A stretch of DNA of 64,000 bases from an archaeon GW2011_AR18 (GCA_000806155.1 JWKX01000012.1:5563-69562), one strand, 5' to 3'. Shown: positions 38,560-50,289, counted from the stretch's first letter. Notes: generated from the letters alone by a model not told the origin. Translations and numbers: made by a program.

Positions 38560-38633
38560 CGAGCCTGGCAGGATTTGAACCCACATCACATGGTCCGTAG
38601 CCACGTATTCTATCCAGGTTAAACTACAGGCCC
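38560..38633 (-). tRNA. tRNA-Arg(ACG)
   Basis: GGGCCTG/CAGGCTC-G; anticodon arm CGTGG-CT ACG GA-CCATG; T arm GTGGG TTCAAAT CCTGC. Confidence 0.92.
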
Positions 38634-38713
38634 GTTTTATTTTTATTATCTTGTATTTGCTTATTTAGTTTTTGTTTTCATAATCTTTTTAAGCAAGTAA
38701 TCTCTATGAAGAT

Positions 38714-38748
38714 ACCTTCATATCAGGGTTCAAATCCCTGCAACCCCA
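38714..38748 (+). tRNA. tRNA 3' half only (positions 38-73), preceded by an intron-like 3' splice site
   Basis: A-CCTTC-ATAT-CAGGG TTCAAAT CCCTG-CAACCCC-A preceded by GAAG-AT; no 5' half seen in the window. Confidence 0.75.
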
Positions 38749-38932
38749 TTTTATTATTTTTCTATTAAATTCTAGGATTATTAGCAAATCTATTAATGTG
38801 TTTAGTTTTAAAAATTCTTTTATTTCACGCTTTTAAGCCTTATAACCTACAAATAACAACTTTATAGTGTATACAATAATGTCACTACTCACCGAAAGGT
38901 ATTTATATCTGTTTAATTCTTTAATCTTTACA

Positions 38933-40858
38933 ATGAAAAACTTTAAACTATTATCAATACCTATAATGTTTTTATTTTTAGTCTCAGTCGTATTTGCTGC
39001 TTATGATGTCAGGATAATTTCTGACTCAGTTGATGGAAGATTCACTGATGATTCACAATTGACTTGTGTTATCGCTGGATTTACAGGAGATCAACAGAGA
39101 GCTTTCTCATTCACATGGTTTGTTAACGGTGGCAGTGTATCTAATAATAGAGAGCTTCCAGCTTCATTAACTAATCCTGGAGATAATGTTTGGTGTGCTG
39201 TTGTTGATCCATTCCCTAATGCTGAGACTGGTGTTAGTGAACATATTACAATAGAAGATGTTAATGCTAATACAGCTCCAGTAGTTGATCTTCCAGAAGA
39301 TTTCTTCGTTGGAAGATTGGGGAATGTTTTTGATTTAAACGATTTTGTTACTGATGATAATACTCCAGATTCAAATATTAGATGGGCTGTTTCAAGAAGT
39401 AATAATTTTAGAGTTACAATAAATGGTGATAGAGTTAGTATTCGTCCTTTAGATAGGAATTTTAATGGTCAGGAAACTTTGACATTTACTGTTGCAGATG
39501 CAGAGGGTCAATCAAGTTCTGATACTGTAAATGTTGCAATTATTCATGTTGATAGGATTTTATTTTATGATGAAGATTTCAATCAGAGAAGTAATGATGA
39601 CTCTTTTTTCAGAGGTCAGGATTTACTAGTTGCTTTCTCAGTTAAAGCAGGCACTGATGGTGCTGCTGGCGTTGATGCTACAGTAAGTCTTGAAAGAAGT
39701 GGAAGAAGACTTGTTTTAAATAAATATAATGGTGTTATTGATACTGTTGTTGGTGACTTATCCATTGTTGATGGTGAATTATGTACAAGAAACGATGGTG
39801 TTACATGTACTAATCCTTCACCTGGTCAATACTTTTATGCTGGCATTGTACCGACAAACGATGGTGTTTTAGGTAATGCTCAAGTAGCTATAGATGCTGA
39901 TGGTGCTTTAGGAGATAAAGAAATCCAGGTATTAAATGCTCCACCTATTGTAGGTTTAGGACGTGATTTTACTGCTGTTATTGATGAACCTATAAATATT
40001 CCAGGTTCTATATTCGGTCAGTATGTTTTCGAAGTTGAAGATAGTGTTGACGAGATGTCCTTTGAATGGGATTTTAATAATGATGGTACAATCGATAGCA
40101 CAGAATCTGATCCATCAATTGTTTATGATTCACTTGGTGTTTACACCCTTAGATTGACTGTTACAGATTCTGAAGGTGCTTCATCCTCGGACACTATTCA
40201 AGTGACTGTACAAAATAAAATAAATTCACTTCCAGTAGCTAATGCTGGTGATGATAAATTATTAGGTGTTGAAGAATCAGCTTTATTTGATGGTTCTCTA
40301 TCTTCAGATCTTGATGGGACTATTGTTAGTTACTTATGGGATTTCGGAGATGGTAGTTCTGCTTCAACAGCAAGTGCTTTCCACGAATATTCAGCTCAGG
40401 GTGTTTATACTGTTACTCTGACTGTCACAGATAATAGAGGCGGTTCTGATACAGATACTCTTGTAGTTAGAGTTGACGTTTCCCAGAATAGAGGTGGAGA
40501 TCTTGACAGAAGGCTTGATGAAAATACAGCTCATAAGGAGATTCATGATTTCGCTCTAGGTCAAGTTAGAGACTTGAATGGTAAAACATCTTACAAGGCT
40601 GGTGAGACTGTTCATCTATTGCTTAGATTAAGCAACCAGGGTGATTTCGATGAGGCAGTTCAGCTTAGGACATTTGTTCAGGGTTCTAGGAACTACGATG
40701 TAAAGAATATTTATCTCGATGTCTCTCAGAATAAGCTTGTCCAGACACAATTCACAGTTCCAGGTAACATGCTTTCAGGCAATTATTTGGTTAAGTTTGT
40801 ATTATACTCAGAGGAGGGTATTGTAAAAACAGTTTATTGGCCGTTTATAGTAGCTTAA
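38933..40858 (+). CDS. Exported PKD/Ig-like repeat surface protein
   Basis: Signal peptide; WDFNNDG and WDFGDG PKD repeats, LTVTD. Confidence 0.88.
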   Translation: MKNFKLLSIPIMFLFLVSVVFAAYDVRIISDSVDGRFTDDSQLTCVIAGFTGDQQRAFSFTWFVNGGSVSNNRELPASLTNPGDNVWCAVVDPFPNAETGVSEHITIEDVNANTAPVVDLPEDFFVGRLGNVFDLNDFVTDDNTPDSNIRWAVSRSNNFRVTINGDRVSIRPLDRNFNGQETLTFTVADAEGQSSSDTVNVAIIHVDRILFYDEDFNQRSNDDSFFRGQDLLVAFSVKAGTDGAAGVDATVSLERSGRRLVLNKYNGVIDTVVGDLSIVDGELCTRNDGVTCTNPSPGQYFYAGIVPTNDGVLGNAQVAIDADGALGDKEIQVLNAPPIVGLGRDFTAVIDEPINIPGSIFGQYVFEVEDSVDEMSFEWDFNNDGTIDSTESDPSIVYDSLGVYTLRLTVTDSEGASSSDTIQVTVQNKINSLPVANAGDDKLLGVEESALFDGSLSSDLDGTIVSYLWDFGDGSSASTASAFHEYSAQGVYTVTLTVTDNRGGSDTDTLVVRVDVSQNRGGDLDRRLDENTAHKEIHDFALGQVRDLNGKTSYKAGETVHLLLRLSNQGDFDEAVQLRTFVQGSRNYDVKNIYLDVSQNKLVQTQFTVPGNMLSGNYLVKFVLYSEEGIVKTVYWPFIVA

Positions 40859-40938
40859 ACGTTACTACCAAAAGGTTTATAAATATGTGTTTACTACATA
40901 ATGATAACATTTCATAATGTTTCATAGGGAGGAAAAAA

Positions 40939-42309
40939 ATGAAAAGTTTTAGAATATTCGCACTTGCAATGGTACTAGTATTAGTTTTAACTAGCACAGT
41001 ATCAGCTAACCATATACTTGGAAATCCATTATTAGGACACACAGGTAGTGTTAGTACAGCAAATAGTAGAGCACCAGACTTCACAATTCAAGAAGTTGAA
41101 GTTGATGGTACAGTTTTATCCGCAGGCTCTGCATTACACGTTGAAAGAGCTTCAACAGTTTATGTAGACGTTTGGGTAAGAGGAAATGACGTATTTAGAC
41201 AATGCACAGATAATAGAGCAAGATCATGTTATGATGTTAAGGTTAAAGCTTTCATCGGTGGTTACGAATATGGTGAAGTAGAAGACGTTAGTGAACCTTT
41301 CGAGGTAGAACCTGGCGTTACATACAGAAAAACACTAAAATTAGTAATACCTAGTGATATTGAAGCTTCTGATGATTACACATTGAGAGTTGAAGCTTTC
41401 GATGATGATCAAAGCACAGATGATTCAATGGTAACTAAGAAATCTTTCACACTAAGATTACAAGAGATCAGACACAGTGTTAATATATTTGACACATTAT
41501 TCAACCCTTCAAATTACGTACAAGCTGGTCAGCCAGTTTTCGTAACTGTAAGAGCAGAGAATCTTGGAGACAATATAGAAGACAGTGTTAAAGTTACTGT
41601 TAGCGTACCTCAGTTAGGTATACAGACTCAAGAATACATTGATCAGTTAGAGACATCACAATCTCAGAGAAACTCTGATAGGAATGATGGTTTCACATCA
41701 AATGACCTTGTATTGATGGTACCTCAGGATGCTAAAGAAGGAACTTACGATGTTATTGTAAGATTAGATTACAATAGATTCCACAGTTTCGAAGAACAGA
41801 AATACACATTGTATGTTAGAAGCTCACAAGCAGTAGTTCAACCAGCAAGCACTTTAGTTAATGTTGATACATTAGCTCAGAAAGTAGAAGATGGTAAGGG
41901 TGCTGTTTACAAGCTATCAGTTGCTAACTTAAATAAAGTAGCACAATCTTACACTGTTGAAGTTTCAGGTACAGATAGTTGGGCTAACGTAGTAGTTACT
42001 CCAATGACATTAACTGTACAGCCTGACACTACATCTGAAGTTAACGTTTACGTTGCTCCAAATGAAGGTTTCACAGGTTTAAAAACTTTCAGTGTTAAGG
42101 TTATGTCTGGAAGCAATGTTGTAACAGAAAAGAATTTAAGCCTTGAGGTTACACCAAAAGCAGTTGCTAGCGATACAACTAAGAGAGTATTGACAATAGT
42201 ATTTGTTATACTTTTATTAGTGCTTGTATTATTAGCAGTTATCTTGTTAATAAAAAAATTAACAGAAGATAAAGATGATAAGGGCGTAGAAGGTAAGACT
42301 TACTACTAA
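40939..42309 (+). CDS. Major surface / S-layer-like protein with Ig-like domains and C-terminal TM
   Basis: Signal peptide, GGAGG SD, codon choice (TTC, TAC) suggesting high expression, C-terminal TM then GKTYY. Confidence 0.75.
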   Translation: MKSFRIFALAMVLVLVLTSTVSANHILGNPLLGHTGSVSTANSRAPDFTIQEVEVDGTVLSAGSALHVERASTVYVDVWVRGNDVFRQCTDNRARSCYDVKVKAFIGGYEYGEVEDVSEPFEVEPGVTYRKTLKLVIPSDIEASDDYTLRVEAFDDDQSTDDSMVTKKSFTLRLQEIRHSVNIFDTLFNPSNYVQAGQPVFVTVRAENLGDNIEDSVKVTVSVPQLGIQTQEYIDQLETSQSQRNSDRNDGFTSNDLVLMVPQDAKEGTYDVIVRLDYNRFHSFEEQKYTLYVRSSQAVVQPASTLVNVDTLAQKVEDGKGAVYKLSVANLNKVAQSYTVEVSGTDSWANVVVTPMTLTVQPDTTSEVNVYVAPNEGFTGLKTFSVKVMSGSNVVTEKNLSLEVTPKAVASDTTKRVLTIVFVILLLVLVLLAVILLIKKLTEDKDDKGVEGKTYY

Positions 42310-42326
42310 CTTAGCAAACTGTATAA

Positions 42327-44654
42327 GTGGTGTTAATGAAAGGTATTAAAAACTTTTTTTCAATTTTTTTTATATTTCTTATAATTTTATCTTCAGTAAA
42401 TGCATTCTCAGTTTCTCAAGAATCAATAAGCAATCCATTATGTCCTAGAGATACTGGTTTATTTGTTGATATTATAAAGAACACTGATCCAGTTTCTAAA
42501 GATTTCAATATTAACTCTAGAGGCTCTGCTTCTGGCTGGGCTGTCACTGTTCCTAATAGTTTTGTTCTTAATCCTAATGAGGAAAAGAAAGTTTATTCTT
42601 ATATTACTCCATCACAGACTGCTAATCCTGGTAACTATAATCTTGATACTGTTATAAGCACTGATGATGATTCTAAGGTTATATCTCATTCTGTTATTGT
42701 TAAGGACTGTTTCAAGGCTGGTTTGACTTCTATTACATCAACTAAACAGGAGATGTGTCCTGATGGTGCTGTAAAATATGAATTAACATTAACTAATAGG
42801 GGAGAATTCAAGGAGACTTTTAGATTATCTGTTGAAGGTGAACTAAAGAATATAATTAGTCTAACTGATAGTTCTGTTATTCTTGATAAATCAGAAAGCA
42901 AGAAGATTATTGTTTATCTGAAAGCCCCTGTTGATAGTCGTGAATATCAATTTACTGTTATTGCTATTGGTGATTCTGGCAAGACTCGTGATTCTGTTCC
43001 TTTGACATTGAAAGTTAATCCCTGTTATGATTTTGATTTTAAGGTTTTGGCAGATACATCTTATAATGTCTGTGACAGGAGCTATAATGTTGTCCCTTTG
43101 ATGATAGAGAATAAAGGTACTGCTATCAATACTTACAAGCTTGATGTTGATGGTCCTATATGGGCTAGGTCTGAGAAGCTTGAACTTACTCTGAGATCTA
43201 ATGAGGCTAAGAATTTTAATCTTGTTTTTGCCCCTACTTATGGGGTAGAAGGTTCTTTCCCTGTTCATCTAGAAGTATCTCCTCAGATTGGTTTTAATAA
43301 AATTTCCAAGGATCTTAATATTTTAGTAAGGAAATGTTATGGTGTTAAGGCAGATATTATTGATTCTTCATCTCAAATATGTCAGGGAGTAGAATCATCT
43401 TTTAATGCTGTTGTTAAGAATACTGGAGAGATAAGAAAATCTTACAGGATAGGATTGGAATCTCCATCTTGGGTTTCTTCTGATACTAAAATTTTGAATA
43501 TTGATGGTGGTGAGGAAAAGAATCTTATTATTAAAGCTTTTCCTACTTCAGATGTTAAGCCAGGTTCTTATAATGTAGATTTTTTAGTAAATTCAACTGA
43601 TCAGGATGGTCTGCAGGATAAAGACTCTATTAAATTAGATGTTGTCTCTGTTAATGATTGTTACAAACCTAAATTATCTTTTCCTTATGATGATGTTATT
43701 GTTTATTATGATTCAAGTGCTTTGATTCCTTTTAATATTGAGAATTCAGGTGTTAGAAAAGCATCTTATAATTTGTTCTTGAGTGGTAATGCTGCTACTT
43801 TCAGTAGTATGACTCCTGTTGAGATTAATGTTGATCCAGGCAAGACCGAAACAGCTTATGTTTACGTAGCACCTAAGACTAATATGCCTCTTGGTGTTTA
43901 TGATGCTAAGATTACTTTAAGTTTAAAGAATGGTGCTGCTCTTGATTCTAGAGATATGAAGATTGAGATTACTGATAATAAGGAAAAAGCTACAGATATT
44001 AAGTTATCAAGTTCAGGTCCTGTTGTTAATTCAACATCTTTAAGTTTTGCTTCAAGAGTCAAGAATTGGTTTGGTGGTTTATTCTCTTCTGATGATAATG
44101 ATGTTAACAACTTATTATCCTATGATGATGTAAATGCTTCTGCAAGTGTAGTTGTCTCACCTTTAGATGACAATACTGGTTTATTTTCAAGATTCAGATA
44201 TTATTTCTTGGCTGCTTTTATTTTACTCGCTTTGATTATTTTATTTTTCGTATTTGGTATGTATAAGACTATTGTATCTTTCTTCGATGATGAAGTTGTT
44301 GATTATAATAAAGATGATAAGACAAACGAAGTTCATTCTGATGCTGTTTTCAATAATGCTATTGATTCCAAGCCTGAAGTTGTAAAGAAAGTTATTAAGA
44401 AAAAAGTTATTGAGAAACCTGTTAAAACTGCTAAAGTTGTCAAGAAAAAAGCTCCTTTAAGTATTGCAAAAATTGAAGAACCTAAACCAGAAGTTAAGAA
44501 AGTTTCTAATACAAATTATATTAAAAAAGAATCTACTAAAACTGAAATTAAAAAAAATGTTAAGAAAGATTATGTTAAATCAGAGCCTAAAGCTTACGGT
44601 GTTATTGATTCTCCTGCTCTTAATGAATTAAAAGATAAGATTGATGAGGAATGA
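42327..44654 (+). CDS. Cys-punctuated Ig-like repeat surface protein with TM and Lys-rich tail
   Basis: Repeated beta modules bounded by CF/CY; start may be 42336. Confidence 0.8.
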   Translation: MVLMKGIKNFFSIFFIFLIILSSVNAFSVSQESISNPLCPRDTGLFVDIIKNTDPVSKDFNINSRGSASGWAVTVPNSFVLNPNEEKKVYSYITPSQTANPGNYNLDTVISTDDDSKVISHSVIVKDCFKAGLTSITSTKQEMCPDGAVKYELTLTNRGEFKETFRLSVEGELKNIISLTDSSVILDKSESKKIIVYLKAPVDSREYQFTVIAIGDSGKTRDSVPLTLKVNPCYDFDFKVLADTSYNVCDRSYNVVPLMIENKGTAINTYKLDVDGPIWARSEKLELTLRSNEAKNFNLVFAPTYGVEGSFPVHLEVSPQIGFNKISKDLNILVRKCYGVKADIIDSSSQICQGVESSFNAVVKNTGEIRKSYRIGLESPSWVSSDTKILNIDGGEEKNLIIKAFPTSDVKPGSYNVDFLVNSTDQDGLQDKDSIKLDVVSVNDCYKPKLSFPYDDVIVYYDSSALIPFNIENSGVRKASYNLFLSGNAATFSSMTPVEINVDPGKTETAYVYVAPKTNMPLGVYDAKITLSLKNGAALDSRDMKIEITDNKEKATDIKLSSSGPVVNSTSLSFASRVKNWFGGLFSSDDNDVNNLLSYDDVNASASVVVSPLDDNTGLFSRFRYYFLAAFILLALIILFFVFGMYKTIVSFFDDEVVDYNKDDKTNEVHSDAVFNNAIDSKPEVVKKVIKKKVIEKPVKTAKVVKKKAPLSIAKIEEPKPEVKKVSNTNYIKKESTKTEIKKNVKKDYVKSEPKAYGVIDSPALNELKDKIDEE

Positions 44655-45193
44655 CTAAACTAATTTTAGATTTTGATGAATTAAAAACTCTAAAACAATC
44701 TTTTGATTTTTATAGAAGGTTAGTATCTCATATTGAAGACACAAGGATTACTCATGAATTAAATATTCTTCAGCTGGAGAAATTTCTGATGAATGATAGG
44801 ACTGGCAGAGATTTTTCTTTTCCTAAAAGACTGGTTAGGGAATATGGTGTTGAATTATTTTTCCATGGTGAAAGATATGAGTCAGATAAAATATTAAAGT
44901 CTTTAGCTAATCATAAATATGGTTTTAATCCAGGGTTTTTTCCAGAACCTCTTGTAAATATAAGAAATACTTTTTATCCACTAGATGAAATTCAAGGTTT
45001 TACATTCTCGTTTTCTTCTTTATCTAAAGATGAAGAAATTTCAAGATGGGAATCTAAAGATTATAAGACTAGAACAAAAAGTCGTGAAATGTATGTTATC
45101 AATTCTAAAGGATATTATGTTGCAAGATATTTATTTGATAAAGTTATAGATGTTCCATATAATTCTATTGATGAATTTGTTAACAATTTCTAA
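44651..45193 (+). CDS. Hypothetical protein
   Basis: 180-aa ORF with ATGA overlap. Confidence 0.65.
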   Translation: MTKLILDFDELKTLKQSFDFYRRLVSHIEDTRITHELNILQLEKFLMNDRTGRDFSFPKRLVREYGVELFFHGERYESDKILKSLANHKYGFNPGFFPEPLVNIRNTFYPLDEIQGFTFSFSSLSKDEEISRWESKDYKTRTKSREMYVINSKGYYVARYLFDKVIDVPYNSIDEFVNNF

Positions 45194-48100
45194 ACTTTCA
45201 TACTTACTACTTTAGAGACTCCATCCTGCATTGTTACTCCGTAAACAAAGTTTCCTTCATGTATTACATGGTCATTATGGCTTATTACCAAATATTGTGC
45301 TTTATCTGAATATTTCTTTATTAATTGTGATAATAATTCTGCATTTCTTTTATCTAATGCTGCATCTACCTCATCTAATAAATAGAACGGTGATGGTGCA
45401 AATTCCTGTATTGCAAATATGAACGATAATGCAGTCATTGTTTTCTCTCCGCCTGATAGGCTTTTCAGATCTAGATGTTTGTTTCCTGCTATTTTTACTT
45501 GTATATCTACCCCTCCAGCAAATGGATCTTCTGGATTTTCTAATTCTACTTGTACCTCACCTTTTGTGTTTAATGAACTGAATATCTCCTTGAATTTTTT
45601 TGTTACTTGGTTGTATGTTTTCATGAATATCTCTTTCTTCCTTGATTCTACCTCATTCATTACATTTAGTACATCATCTTTTTCAACTTTTAATTTTGTT
45701 ACTTTATCAACTACTTCTGTATACTCTTTTTGTATCCCCTCATATACCTCTAATGCTCTCAGGTTTACATTTCCTATTGAATTCAGTAATTTTTCATTCT
45801 CTCTTATCCTTAATTGCAGTTCTTCATAATTTACTCCCCTCTTTATTGTAGCATCTTTATAATTCTCAAATTCTTTTTGTAATCCTTCCATCTCTGCTAT
45901 TATCTTTGCTCTGTCTATTGATATATTATTTAGTTTTTGTTCATGTTCTTTTATTCTCTCTTCCTCTCTTACAAGATTATTATATCTTTTATTTGTATTG
46001 TCTCTTTCAAAAATTCTTCATTTTCTTTTTCTTGCTGTTTTATTATTTTTTCAGTTTTTTCTTTTTCAGGATTTAGCATTGATGTTACCTGCACCTCTAT
46101 ATTCTTTATATTTGAATTTATTTCTAGTATTGATTCTTTTGTTTTCATTCTTTGTTCTTCTAGCACATCGAAGTTTTTAATTAGTTCTGGATCATTTAAT
46201 TTTTCTCTTAGTTTTGTTTTCTTCTCTTTTAAATCCTCTAATATTCCTACTGTTTTATTTAATTCTTTATCAACATTTTCAATATTCTTTTCTTGTTCTT
46301 TTGATGTATTTATTAAACTTTTTTTCTCTTCTATTAATGAGTTTATATCATATCCTTCAACATTTAATGTTTTTTCCATTCTTATTATATTTCCTTCAAG
46401 TTCTGCTTTATTCTCTCTTAAACTGGAAATCATAACCTCGTTTTCTGTTCTTTTATTTTCTAAATTGCTTACTAGCACACTTAGTTTTTTTACTTCGACA
46501 TCTAACTTGTTTATATTATTATCAACTTCTTTTTCTTTGAATCCTAGTCCTGCTTTCTGCATTCTGTATCCGCCTATCATTGCTCCAGATGGTTCTAATA
46601 AATCTCCATCTAATGTAACCATTCTGGCTTTTCCTATTCCTATTCTTCTTGCTATTTCTATGCTATCAACTATTACTGTTGTTCCGAATACATATGAGAA
46701 TATATCTGCATACATTGGATCATAACTTACTAGATCAGTTGCTAATCCCTGTACTCCATTTGACTTTAATACATCTTTAATGCTTGGATCCATTACTCTA
46801 GATTTTACTTTGTTTAATGGCAAAAATGTTGCCACTCCTAATTTATTCATTTTTAGATGTTCTATGCATTTTTGTGCTACTGTATCACTGTCTACTACTA
46901 TGCTCTGTATTCTTGATCCTGCAGCAACTTCTAATGCTTGTGAATATTTTCCTTCTACATTTCCTAGTGTTGATACTATTCCATGTATTCCTTTTACTGA
47001 ATTTTTTAATTCTATTATCTTTCTTACAGCTAGATCTCCCATTGCTCTCTCTTGTATGCTTACCTGTCTTGTTGTTAGTTTTGCTAGTTCTTCATTGCTC
47101 TGCATTAATTCATGTCTTGATCTGCTTAATTGTGCTGCATATGACGAATCTTCATTTAAACATTTTGCTAGTTTTTCTGTTATTTCCTTGAATAATCTTT
47201 TATTATTTTTTAATTCCTCAACATCTTTTGTTGATCCTTTTAGATTATTTATTCTCTCTTCTGTAGAATTTAGTTTGTATGTTAATTGGTCTTTATTCCT
47301 TATTAATTCCTGCCTGTTAATATTTATTCTGTTTATTTCTTCTTGTTTTTTTTCTATCTCTTTTTCTAATTTTTCTATTGTCTCTGTCTCATTGTCTATT
47401 CCTGATTTTTCTTTTAATGTTTGTATCTTTTTGTCTATCTCTTTCTCTCTATTTACTAATGTTATTATATCGCTATCATGTGCTTTTTTCTTTAATTGTA
47501 ATTCTTTTATTTTTTCTTCTATCTCCTTTATATTCCATAACAGCTGCTCTTTTCTCTGTTTTATTTTCACAACCTCTGTATTGCACACTTCTAATCTTGA
47601 GTTTGATTTTACTGTATTTGTCTTTATATCTTCTATATCTTTTCTTAATGTTAACTGGTCTTTTGCTCCTTTTACTTCTATTTCTTCATTTATTTTTTTA
47701 ATCTCATCTTTATGATTGTTTATATTCGTTTTATGGTTGTTTATCTCTTCATTTATTTTACTAATTTTATTTTCTGCCTCTTTTTTTCTTCCCTCTATCT
47801 CATCAATTTTTTCCTGCTTGTTTTTTATCTGTAAATGTGTATATGTTGCTCTATCATCTTTTATTGATTCTTGTATCTCTTTGTATTTTATTGCCTGGTC
47901 TCTCTCTTTTTTTAATTCTCTTAAATTAGCCTCTCTTTCTGTTAATATTATTCCAGCTTCATTTAGTTTAGAATCTACTTTCTCTAATTCTTGCAGACAT
48001 TTTCCTTTTTTCTCTTCATATATTGATATTCCTGCTATCTCCTCTATTATCTGTCTCCTATCTGTTGATTTCATCTCCATGAAATGTATTATATCACCTT

Positions 48101-50144
48101 GTAATATTATATTATGTCCGTCAGGATCTATCTTTGCGGCGTTTAATAAGTCTAATACTTGCTGTCTTGTCCTTACCTCATCATTTATCATATAGACGCT
48201 TGTTCCATTTTGTTTTACTGTTCTTGTTATCCTTACATCTTTCTCTTTTAATGGGAATTTTCCTAGACTATTATCAAATTCTATCATTACTTCTGCTTCT
48301 TTTGAAGGGCTTTGTTTTTTCCCGCCATTAAATATTAAGTTAGAACTCTTTTCTGCTCTCATCTCTTTTGCAGATGATTTTCCTAATACAAAACATAATG
48401 CGTCTACTATATTGCTGTTATGTACATACATTCCATTTGCTATAAAATTATGATTATCTTCAACTTCTATATCATAAACATATTCCTCACCATTTACTTT
48501 TTCTACTTTTATTATTTCATCCCAGAATATTTCTGAAGATGCTATCCTGTTTAATAATGTTAATAGCTTTAGTGAATAGTCTAAATGTTCTTCCAAAAAT
48601 TCCTTTTCAAAATTATATAATCTCTCCAAATTTTGTGGTTTTGCGTTGAATACTCCATTTTTCCAGGATATATTAACAGTATTAGTTGCTACTCCTAATA
48701 TTGAAGCTGTTTGCGTTCCTGAAATATTAATTTTTTCTAGATTATCAACTAGTTTTACAGTGTTCATTTCTAAGGATTTATATACTTGATAAAGATCAAA
48801 CCATCTATCAGTGAATAATTCTATTAAATCTTTTAGTTTATATCTGCTTGAATAACATCTGTTTTCATAATACGATGCTAGTGATGGATATTCTTTTCTC
48901 AAATTTTTTACTTTTAATCCTAATGATCTTACAATCTCTTTTATATACAGATTTATTTCTTTAGGTAAGAAGTCCACGTTTGTATTTGTTTCAACATCAT
49001 CTCTAATATATTTTTCTAGTCTTTCTTTTTTATGCTTGACTATTAAATGTATATTATTATAAAAATTTTGTAAATTATCCTTGCTATAAATATTTAAAAA
49101 ATAATATTTTCTTTTTATTTTTTTTTCTGTATTTGTTGCATACTTATACTTCATTTTTATGCTTGATATTATCCCAAATCTTAAAAGCAATTCTTGTATT
49201 TGCATTACCAACTTTTGATTTTTGTTTGAGAATTCTATTTGATTGCCATTTTCACTTACATGACCATCTGTATCAAACAATCCCGCTAACAAGTTTCTAG
49301 TGATATTATCATTACCAATCATTAATTCTTCTGGTATTGCTTTATGTTCACCAGTCAATATCTCTGATTTGAATAATTTTTGTAAGAATTTTTTTATGTC
49401 TGATGAATTATCTATAAACCTTGAGGTTATTCCAGTTTTTCTGATATAGAAGTCATCTATTTTGAACAATTCTTTTGATAATGCTTTAAAATCTTCTAGA
49501 ATTTCTGCATCGGAATTTATAAGTTCAAGTCTTTGATTAAGATATCCATCTCCTATAATATATCCTATGAATCTTCCAAAATTTGGTGTTGCTAAATGTG
49601 GGAATTCTCTATTAGAATCTATTTGAATATCTATTTTGATATCATTTTTTGGTATTGTCCTTATGGTTCTTGGTAATGCTATTAAATCTTTTTCCTTTAA
49701 TTCATCAACTCTTGCACCATTTAGGTGTCCTTCTTTGAATATTATTATTGAATGACATCCTGTTGTTGTTATTTTTTTTCCTGTTCTTGTTGTTATTTCA
49801 TATAATTTTTTTTCTCCATTATGCTTGATGTATTTTATTATTTTTTTATATTCTTGTCTGAATGTTGTAGGATTGACTGATAATATATAATCATCATCTC
49901 TTGATTCTGTATATATTCCATCGTCTAATTTTTTTATTTCTTTAGAATTTTTTATTTTGTTATCTACTAGTTCTTTTATTTCTTTAGAACTTCCATCTGG
50001 CAATAATACTCGTGAATCCCCTCTCAATGATTTCCCAGATCCATTCGGACCTATTACAATATTAAAACCATTTCCAAATTCAAGTTCTGTTTTACCTGCA
50101 AATGATTTGAAACCTTTAGCAGAAAGCCTCTTTATTTGTGTCAT
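45190..50144 (-). CDS. smc: Chromosome segregation protein SMC with intein; frameshift near 45980 (probable assembly deletion)
   Basis: GFKSF, GPNGSGK|S, ILQG, hinge GVATFLPL and MVTLDGD, LSGGEK, LLDEVDAALD, VISH. The second frame NNLVREEE..AEMEGLQ joins the 45190-45891 ORF. Confidence 0.95.
48417..50030 (-). mobile_element. Intein (538 aa) with LAGLIDADG endonuclease in the SMC Walker A motif
   Basis: GSGK|SLRGDSRV...TTGCHS...IGYIIGDG...LAGLFDTDG...VYDIEVEDNHNFIANGMYVHN|SNIVDA. Confidence 0.95.
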
Positions 50145-50289
50145 CTTTTTATATTTGAAAAGTTTTTTGTTCTTTTTAAAGGTTTTTATATACAATAAAT
50201 AAATCTATGTTAAAGTATCTATTTTTGTTACTATTTTAAAGTAAACACATGCGAAACATTTATATACTAGTAAACCTATACATTAGTAT

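Noticed and set aside
38714..38748. attR of an integrated element
   Set aside because: No integrase or matching full tRNA in the window, and the fragment starts at a splice junction; not fully excluded beyond the window.
45891..45990. Programmed frameshift or naturally split SMC
   Set aside because: No clear slippery site, the joined extein is shorter than typical SMC, and the break matches the other deletions.
45419..48331. Long antisense ORFs opposite smc (similar ones opposite leuS and gyrA)
   Set aside because: Ser/Phe/Leu-rich shadows of biased codon usage.
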